Position numbers and translations under genes: made by a program. Shown piece by piece: positions 57,680-64,000 of a stretch of 64,000 nt of DNA; the stretch's first letter is position 1, and every line of letters starts with the position of its first letter. Location of the stretch: sequence record SRR31156797_601. One strand, written 5' to 3'. Below the pieces are notes generated by a model. That model did no database searches, had not been told where the DNA came from, and saw only the letters and a list, made by a program, of their open reading frames with translations.

Positions 57680-58711
57680 CTAACTTTTGGGGATTGATTT
57701 TTTTTGATTTAATAAACGTACAGATTCTCTAACTATAAGCTTAGTATGAGTATACAATCTCTGTGCAGGAGTATCTGGATTTTTGAGCTTATCTGCCATC
57801 TGGTTATATGCTTTTACTGCAAATTCCTCTTTGTTAATGTCAATAGAAGTGATTTTTGGATCTGTAGACTCTGAAATATCTGTATTATCAAAGCTTATTA
57901 TTGATACATCGTCAGGAACTTTGATATTATTCTGAGCTAATTTCTGCATCAAATAGTATGCAGCCATATCGCAGTGGCATACAAAAGCAGTTGGCATATT
58001 TTCAGGCAAATCGATATCCAACGTGTACAAATTGGTAATTGGGTCATCGTTACTTATTACAATATCAGAATCAAAAGAAATATCATATGCATCCAGAGCT
58101 TTTAAATAACCAAAATAACGATCAGAGATACTGGAAGTATTATTTTTGTCACCTAAAAATCCAATTCGTCTATGTCCATTCTCCAAAAGATAGTTTGTTG
58201 CTTTATATCCAATATAGAAATTGTCAGTTACTACACAATCCAGATTTAAAATAGGCTTGTAAAAGTCAATAAGAACTATAGGAATATCTAGTGTGATTAG
58301 CTGATTAACATATGCTTTCGAAAATTCACCGGCAACGAATATACCATCGCATGGAGTACTAATAAGGGCTTGTGGTATAGACTGCTGTTTTTCAGATTGT
58401 GAATTAATCACATAAAGGTTTAGGTTTAGTGATTTAGCAGTACAGATTTTATTTAGATTATAAAAGATTGTTGAATAGAAATTATCGGTTTCCAGAAAGA
58501 ATTTTTTTGGTACAACGAATGCAAATCTACTGTAGCTATGAGCCTTCAAAGAGTTTGGATTAACATAACCAAGTTTATTTGCTGTGTCTATTATTTTATT
58601 GCGAAGTTCTTGACTGACACCAGGCTGATTATTCAAAGCTTTGTGTACCGTGACTTTTGATATATTTAACATATTAGCAATATACTGCATTGATGTTTTT
58701 TCATTCTTCAT
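57680..58711 (-). CDS. LacI-family transcriptional regulator
   Basis: SMQYIANMLNISKVTVHKALN HTH, GHRRIGF, PTAFVC.CD, VPDDVSIISFD. The start may be ATG 58711 or TTG 58729. Confidence 0.92.
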   Translation of the reverse strand: MKNEKTSMQYIANMLNISKVTVHKALNNQPGVSQELRNKIIDTANKLGYVNPNSLKAHSYSRFAFVVPKKFFLETDNFYSTIFYNLNKICTAKSLNLNLYVINSQSEKQQSIPQALISTPCDGIFVAGEFSKAYVNQLITLDIPIVLIDFYKPILNLDCVVTDNFYIGYKATNYLLENGHRRIGFLGDKNNTSSISDRYFGYLKALDAYDISFDSDIVISNDDPITNLYTLDIDLPENMPTAFVCHCDMAAYYLMQKLAQNNIKVPDDVSIISFDNTDISESTDPKITSIDINKEEFAVKAYNQMADKLKNPDTPAQRLYTHTKLIVRESVRLLNQKKSIPKS

Positions 58712-58951
58712 TGTAGTCTGTTTCTCCAATTTGTATTGTTGTTACCTAACAAAAACAGTATATCAGATTAAAACACATAAATCAAATAAAAATTGCCAGT
58801 TTATATAAATAATTGTTAAGAAGTCCTGTATAACTAATTATTAATGGAAATCGGTGAACTTATTATTGTTAAGTTTATTTAAGTAATAATCACATGTTTA
58901 GTATTAACACCAATAAATGAGTTATAAAATTGGATAAATTGCATAATAATG

Positions 58952-59026
58952 TTGACAAACTCAGAAAACTGTTGTAGAATAACGTTAGCTAACAAAAGGG
59001 TAACACAAACAAGCGTGTTTGGTAAC
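58952..59026 (+). promoter_or_regulatory. Sigma-A promoter with GTTnnnTAAC operators
   Basis: TTGACA 58952-58957, 17-bp spacer, TAGAAT 58975-58980; GTTAGCTAAC 58984-58993 and GTTTGGTAAC 59017-59026; a further copy GTTACCTAAC at 58741-58750. Confidence 0.7.
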
Positions 59027-59129
59027 GATATTTAAATAGATTCAAATTCGACATAATACTATTGTATTGACAACAGTAATAATCAATGTCAAAAGTATTT
59101 ATTTGGTAATCAGAAAGGACGAATGGAGA

Positions 59130-60083
59130 ATGGTAAAGAATACTAAGATAAAAAAACAAAAAGAAACATCCTTTTTTCAGGAGTTGATTAGAAACAAGGT
59201 ACTCTACATGATGGTTCTTCCAGGAGTGCTGTACTTTCTGATTTTTAATTATTCACCCATAATTGGTATCTATTACGCTTTTGTTGATTATAAACCTATG
59301 GCTGGTTTATATGGATTTGGAAGTGAATTTGTAGGCTTAGAGAATTTCAAATTTTTCTTTGCTTCAGGCATGTGGATAAAGATTACTATCAACACACTAT
59401 TTCTTAATGCATTGTTTATTATAACAGGCTTATTCACACAAATGTTTATGGCAATTCTGCTAAATGAGGTAGGCAATAAGATGTTTAAGAAACTATCTCA
59501 GTCATTTATGTTTTTACCCAATTTCTTATCATGGACGGTTGTTTCTGTGTTTGCAGCTGCTTTATTTGCTACAGATACAGGACTAATAAATAATATTATT
59601 GTTAAATTAGGCGGTGAATCTATTTCCTTTTATCAGGAAGCAAAATACTGGCCGTTTCTGCTTGTGATTTTGAAACTATGGAAAGGTGTTGGATATGGAA
59701 CAGTTATTTATCTAGCAACTATTTCATCTTTAGGACAGGAGATGTATGAAGCTGCGGAGATTGATGGTGCTAACCGAATGCAGCAGGTCTGGTACATTAC
59801 CGTACCTATGCTGAGAAACACAACTATAGTATTGATGATATTGTCAGTGGGCAGCATATTCTTCGGTGATTTTGGAATGATTTATGCTCTGTTAGGAGAC
59901 AATCCGCTGGTTAGACCAACTACTGATGTTATAGATACTTTTGTGTTTAGGGCATTAAGAGAGCTGAATGATATCGGTATGTCTACTTCCGTTGGATTGC
60001 TACAATCTGTATTAGGCTTAATTATGGCACTTGCGACCAACTTTGTGGCAAAGAGAATAGACGAAAATGCTAAAGTATTTTAA
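59130..60083 (+). CDS. ABC permease (LplB/YteP-type)
   Basis: LY.M.LPG, FVGLENF, LPNFLSW, WKGVGYG..IYLA, YEAAEIDGA, DVIDTFV.R. Start moved to ATG 59130. Confidence 0.92.
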   Translation: MVKNTKIKKQKETSFFQELIRNKVLYMMVLPGVLYFLIFNYSPIIGIYYAFVDYKPMAGLYGFGSEFVGLENFKFFFASGMWIKITINTLFLNALFIITGLFTQMFMAILLNEVGNKMFKKLSQSFMFLPNFLSWTVVSVFAAALFATDTGLINNIIVKLGGESISFYQEAKYWPFLLVILKLWKGVGYGTVIYLATISSLGQEMYEAAEIDGANRMQQVWYITVPMLRNTTIVLMILSVGSIFFGDFGMIYALLGDNPLVRPTTDVIDTFVFRALRELNDIGMSTSVGLLQSVLGLIMALATNFVAKRIDENAKVF

Positions 60084-60111
60084 ATAACATAGGAGAGGAA
60101 GGAAATCTAAT

Positions 60112-61011
60112 ATGAAAAATGCAAAAAGACAATTGGGTGACAGAATATTATTAATTGTGTCCTATGTTATGACAGGTGGATTTGCTATTGCGTGTTTACT
60201 TCCTTTATGGATGGCATTTTGCGCATCATTCACCAATGAATTGACTATTTTAAGTGAAGGATACAAGTTATGGATTCCAGATTTTGATGCTACATCTTAT
60301 AAATTGCTGTTTACTGGTACAGATGTTATGTACAAGGCTTATGGTATAACCATTGCTATGACTGCAGTGGGCACATTGTGTACAGTATTTTTTACTGCAT
60401 TGACAGCTTATCCGTTATCAGTAAAGAAATTAAGATTTGCAGGAGGCATTTCTTTATTTATATATATTACGATGTTGGTTAACGGGGGATTAGTACCAAC
60501 CTACATATTAATAACTAGAGTGCTGCGTATGAAGGATACATTCGCTGTGTTGGTTATCCCAGGTATGCTGCAGGCATTTAATATTTTCCTGATGAAAAAC
60601 TATTTCTCATCCATACCAATATCTTTATCTGAATCAGCAAAGATTGATGGTGCATCTGATTTTACTATTTTTATAAAGATTATTCTTCCATTAGCAAAGC
60701 CTATACTTGCTACCATTGGTCTTTTTGCTGCTATGAATTACTGGAATGAATGGTATAGAGTATTACTATATATTGAAAATCCTGATTTGTATACACTACA
60801 GTTTTTGATTATGAAGATGCAGAAGCAGTTAAACTTCATGACAACCGAAATGGGAGCAAAAGCAATGGAAGCAATGGGTAATGTAATGATACCATCTCTT
60901 GGTATCAGAATGGCAACAGCTATGCTGAGTATTGGACCAATTGTATTACTGTATCCAATACTACAGAAGTATTTTATGAAGGGCATTATGATTGGAGCTG
61001 TAAAAGAGTAG
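60112..61011 (+). CDS. ABC permease (LplC/YtcP-type)
   Basis: AYPLS, NGGLVPTYI, SLSESAKIDGA, YWNEW, YPILQKYF.KG...GAVKE. Confidence 0.92.
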   Translation: MKNAKRQLGDRILLIVSYVMTGGFAIACLLPLWMAFCASFTNELTILSEGYKLWIPDFDATSYKLLFTGTDVMYKAYGITIAMTAVGTLCTVFFTALTAYPLSVKKLRFAGGISLFIYITMLVNGGLVPTYILITRVLRMKDTFAVLVIPGMLQAFNIFLMKNYFSSIPISLSESAKIDGASDFTIFIKIILPLAKPILATIGLFAAMNYWNEWYRVLLYIENPDLYTLQFLIMKMQKQLNFMTTEMGAKAMEAMGNVMIPSLGIRMATAMLSIGPIVLLYPILQKYFMKGIMIGAVKE

Positions 61012-61094
61012 TACATAAATCCTATTCAATTAACGAATTAGTTGATTTATGGGATATGTAAATAAATAGCTAAATGTATATGAAGGAGGCACAA

Positions 61095-62777
61095 ATGAAA
61101 CGTATAATTGTAACATTGTTGATATTAGCAATGCTGCTGTCTACTTTGGTAGGATGCGCAAATGAAACAACATCAGAATCAGAAGTTTCACCTAACAAAG
61201 AGGAGACATCAGATGATTCTGCACAAGTAAATGAAGAGGATGAGGCTAATGAGCCATATGAAATCCTTTTTGTTCATCCAGGTGATGCTGCTACAGACAT
61301 GGACGTTGTACTAGAGGAGTTCTATAGCAGGACATCAGATAGTTTGAACTTAACACTAAGTTTTGTACAAACTGGGTGGGATGATATTGGTCAAAAAGTT
61401 AGTTTGAAGATATCTGCCGGTGAAAAGATAGACTCTGGTTTCTTGGCTCAGTGGACATCACCATCAATTGGTCAAGCTGCACAAGATGAGCAAATACTTA
61501 ATTTGGATAAATACTTTAACAATGATGATTATCCAGGTCTAAAGGCTGCATTTTCTGAAGAATTCTTAAGCACAAATAAATTCTTGGGGCCTGATGGTGA
61601 GTATCATGTATACGGCATACCATTCTCTCACTCATATGAAGGCGGCTCAGTTCTTTACTATAGGAAAGACTTAGCTGACAAATATGGTGTAACCGTAGAT
61701 AGTCCAGAAGGTGTAATCGCATACTTTGAAGCAATTCTTGCTAATGAACCAAGCATGGTTCCTATGTCATTCTTGGGTTCTCAGGACTTATTGACATCTA
61801 TAGCTGGAACAATTATGAAAGAGGAAGCAGTAGTTGCGGCAAATACATCTGACAAAGGATTATCATATTCAACACAAGTAATTATCACAGATGACGGGTC
61901 ACCACACGTGGCAAGAAGTTTAGTACCTGCCAATGATCCTGAATTTAACAAATATATGGTTGATGGTTTAACATTAAAAGATGATCCATTCTATGATTAC
62001 AAAATTGCAACTGAATGGTATGAAAAAGGCTATGTACCTAAAGATATTCTGAATGTTCAAGACACACAAGGGGAGTTCTTGGCAGGAAGAGCTGCAAGCT
62101 TCGTACGTGGTGCAGATATTTATGCATCAGTAAATGCACAATTTACAGAACAATTCCCTGAAGGTGAATTAGGAGCTTATGATATAACTTACGCAACAAG
62201 AAATGATATTATGAATTCACTCTCAACTACATTCCAAGCATGGAACTTCGCAACAATTCCTGTAACATGTGAAGACCCTGACAGAGTTATGGAATTCTAT
62301 GATTGGATATTCTCATCTCAAGAAAACTTGGACTTATTTGAGTATGGCGTAGAGGGTAAGCATTGGATAGCAGATGGTGATGATAAATACACTGCTCAAG
62401 CAAATCCAGACACTGGCAATACTTATAACTTCGGCGGTTATTTAATGACTTGGAATCCAACTATGTATCGTGTTTCAGCTGAATTGCCAGATGATATAGT
62501 AACACTAACGAAAAAGTATTCAAACCAAGATTATTTCTACAAAGATCCATTGGCTGGATTTAGCTTTGATGAAAGTAATGTAAAGACAGAAGCTGCATTG
62601 ATTAGTGAAGTAATGTCTAGAAGATACGGTGTAGGTAATGGTATGGTTTCAGACTATGAAGCTGAAGTTGCATCTATAGATGAAGATTTAATGAAAGCAG
62701 GATGGGAAACATATTGTCAGGAACTAGAAAAACAAATTGCAGAGTTCTGGGAAGAAAACCCACCTGTACAGAATTAA
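61095..62777 (+). CDS. ABC substrate-binding lipoprotein (LplA/DUF3502-like)
   Basis: Lipobox LVGC after an AAGGAGG RBS; YRKDL, YGVEGKHW, GFSFD, AG......E..KQI. Confidence 0.88.
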   Translation: MKRIIVTLLILAMLLSTLVGCANETTSESEVSPNKEETSDDSAQVNEEDEANEPYEILFVHPGDAATDMDVVLEEFYSRTSDSLNLTLSFVQTGWDDIGQKVSLKISAGEKIDSGFLAQWTSPSIGQAAQDEQILNLDKYFNNDDYPGLKAAFSEEFLSTNKFLGPDGEYHVYGIPFSHSYEGGSVLYYRKDLADKYGVTVDSPEGVIAYFEAILANEPSMVPMSFLGSQDLLTSIAGTIMKEEAVVAANTSDKGLSYSTQVIITDDGSPHVARSLVPANDPEFNKYMVDGLTLKDDPFYDYKIATEWYEKGYVPKDILNVQDTQGEFLAGRAASFVRGADIYASVNAQFTEQFPEGELGAYDITYATRNDIMNSLSTTFQAWNFATIPVTCEDPDRVMEFYDWIFSSQENLDLFEYGVEGKHWIADGDDKYTAQANPDTGNTYNFGGYLMTWNPTMYRVSAELPDDIVTLTKKYSNQDYFYKDPLAGFSFDESNVKTEAALISEVMSRRYGVGNGMVSDYEAEVASIDEDLMKAGWETYCQELEKQIAEFWEENPPVQN

Positions 62778-62814
62778 TTAATCAATAATAGGCTATGGAA
62801 ATATAGTGAACTAT

Positions 62815-62843
62815 GAATGAAGAAGCATCTAGCTTCTTCATTC
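62815..62843 (+). terminator. Stem-loop after the SBP gene
   Basis: Perfect 12-bp stem GAATGAAGAAGC / GCTTCTTCATTC. Confidence 0.7.
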
Positions 62844-62870
62844 TATAAAATAAATATAAGGTGTAGTAAA

Positions 62871-63833
62871 ATGAAATTATTGCAGGAAAAGGCCGATTTT
62901 GAAAATCAAAACACAGTATATTCAAAGAACATACTTACCTTTAAAGGGGTAGATGGGTTTGATGTGTATAATACGTCTATTCCTTTTGTTTATGACGGCA
63001 AAGAATATATCTTTGGAAGAGTGGAAAAACGTGAAGACTGGGCGACATCATATTCATCATTGTTTATAAAAACTGGAAAGGATGAATATACAATCTGCAA
63101 AGAGAGCATGATATATCCATTAGAAGATCCATATATTACATTTATCGATGGTGAGTTGATCTTGGGCGGAACTCATGTGAAGAAATCGCAGGGTAAGATG
63201 GAAACTTTTTTTGGATATTTTTACAGAGGATACAACCTATATAATCTAAAGTATTTCACAACTGGTCCTGAGAGAATGAAGGATATTCGTTTAGTACAGC
63301 TTGGTGACAGTAGAATCGGTGTGTTTTCCAGACCCCGTGGCGAAGATGTCCGAAAGGTTCATGGAAGCGAGGCTATTGTAGGATTCACGATTATTAACAG
63401 TATTGATGAATTAAATGCTGAAGTTATTGAAAATGCTACGAAGATTGAAAATTTGTTTGAAAAAGATCAATGGGGCGGTTGTAATCAATGTTATTTGTTA
63501 GACAGCGGGTTAATTGGTGTTATTGCTCATATGAGTGAGAATGCAGTAAGTGATGACGGTCAGGAATTGTTGATATATGTTAATGTTTCCTTTGTATTTG
63601 ATATGGATACACATAATGCTATGGATTTGAAGATTATTGGTACAAAAGCCAGTTACCCAACTAGTGCTGCAAAGGTACCAAATTTATTAGACTGTGTATT
63701 CCCATCGGGTATTGTTATGAGAGATGATGGCAAGGTGGATATGTATAGCGGCATTGGTGATGTCAATGAGGGCAGAATAGTAATAGATTATCCGTTTGAG
63801 GGATATGGAAAGATAGTAAAAAATAAGTTATAA
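62871..63833 (+). CDS. DUF1861 family (GT108/MTP-like beta-1,2-mannan phosphorylase)
   Basis: LTF.GVDGFDVYN.S.PF, IFGRVEKR.DWA, LEDPY, LGGTHV, FTTGP..MKDIRLV, VFSRP, WGGCNQ, DCVF.SG, YSG.GD. Start moved to ATG 62871 because the track start lies inside the hairpin. Confidence 0.85.
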   Translation: MKLLQEKADFENQNTVYSKNILTFKGVDGFDVYNTSIPFVYDGKEYIFGRVEKREDWATSYSSLFIKTGKDEYTICKESMIYPLEDPYITFIDGELILGGTHVKKSQGKMETFFGYFYRGYNLYNLKYFTTGPERMKDIRLVQLGDSRIGVFSRPRGEDVRKVHGSEAIVGFTIINSIDELNAEVIENATKIENLFEKDQWGGCNQCYLLDSGLIGVIAHMSENAVSDDGQELLIYVNVSFVFDMDTHNAMDLKIIGTKASYPTSAAKVPNLLDCVFPSGIVMRDDGKVDMYSGIGDVNEGRIVIDYPFEGYGKIVKNKL

Positions 63834-63900
63834 TATCCTAAGTATATGAGTAGTGAATGATTGCAGGTTTGCAAGATTGTAATAAGGTAGGTAAACAAAT

Positions 63901-64000
63901 ATGAAATTGTACAAAACTATTACACCACAGCCATTAAAGAAAGAATATGAAGAATTTCAAAAACATAAGCCGATAGTGAAAGGCGAATTACTTACTTTTG
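63901..64000 (+). CDS. Partial CDS at window edge; probably a second DUF1861 paralogue
   Basis: ATG 63901 after AAGGTAGG; reads MKLYKTITPQPLKKEYEEFQKHKPIVKGELLTF, and ELLTF aligns with NILTF of the preceding gene. Confidence 0.55.
   Translation, partial: MKLYKTITPQPLKKEYEEFQKHKPIVKGELLTF

Noticed and set aside
1-64000. CRISPR arrays, tRNA/rRNA genes, integrases, transposases, phage or defence genes
   Set aside because: None was recognised; nearly all long ORFs are explained by metabolic, transport or regulatory families. Small ncRNAs cannot be excluded without a covariance-model search.

Overview
An AT-rich chromosomal segment that looks like a low-GC Firmicute (Clostridia-like; GGAGG ribosome-binding sites, sigma-A TTGACA/TATAAT promoters). 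It begins at the 3' end of groEL and is otherwise almost entirely carbohydrate and solute utilisation loci. In order: (1) a deletion scar fusing two 5'-truncated divergent genes (GH42 beta-galactosidase and AraC); (2) a DUF5107/TPR protein with a divergent AraC; (3) an oxidative De Ley-Doudoroff-like aldose pathway (mutarotase, SDR, DgoD, KDPG(al) aldolase, PfkB KDG kinase, AraF-like ABC importer, lactonase) with a YesM/YesN two-component system and a double-SBP co-sensor; (4) an lsr AI-2 uptake and catabolism locus with a cupin where lsrG would be expected; (5) a large secreted beta-propeller/Ig surface protein; (6) a dextran/isomalto-oligosaccharide locus (ABC, GH66, GH13); (7) a LacI locus combining a glucosylglycerate phosphorylase, ABC importer, MggS-like GT4, GH130, a GH13 with Gln in place of the catalytic acid/base Glu, an orphan protein and glycerate kinase; (8) a LacI/ABC locus with tandem DUF1861 (GT108-like) genes running off the window. 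Locus 7 is the best candidate for an undescribed system. No rRNA, tRNA, CRISPR array, integrase or intact transposase was recognised. All family calls come from motif recognition by eye; no database searches were run.
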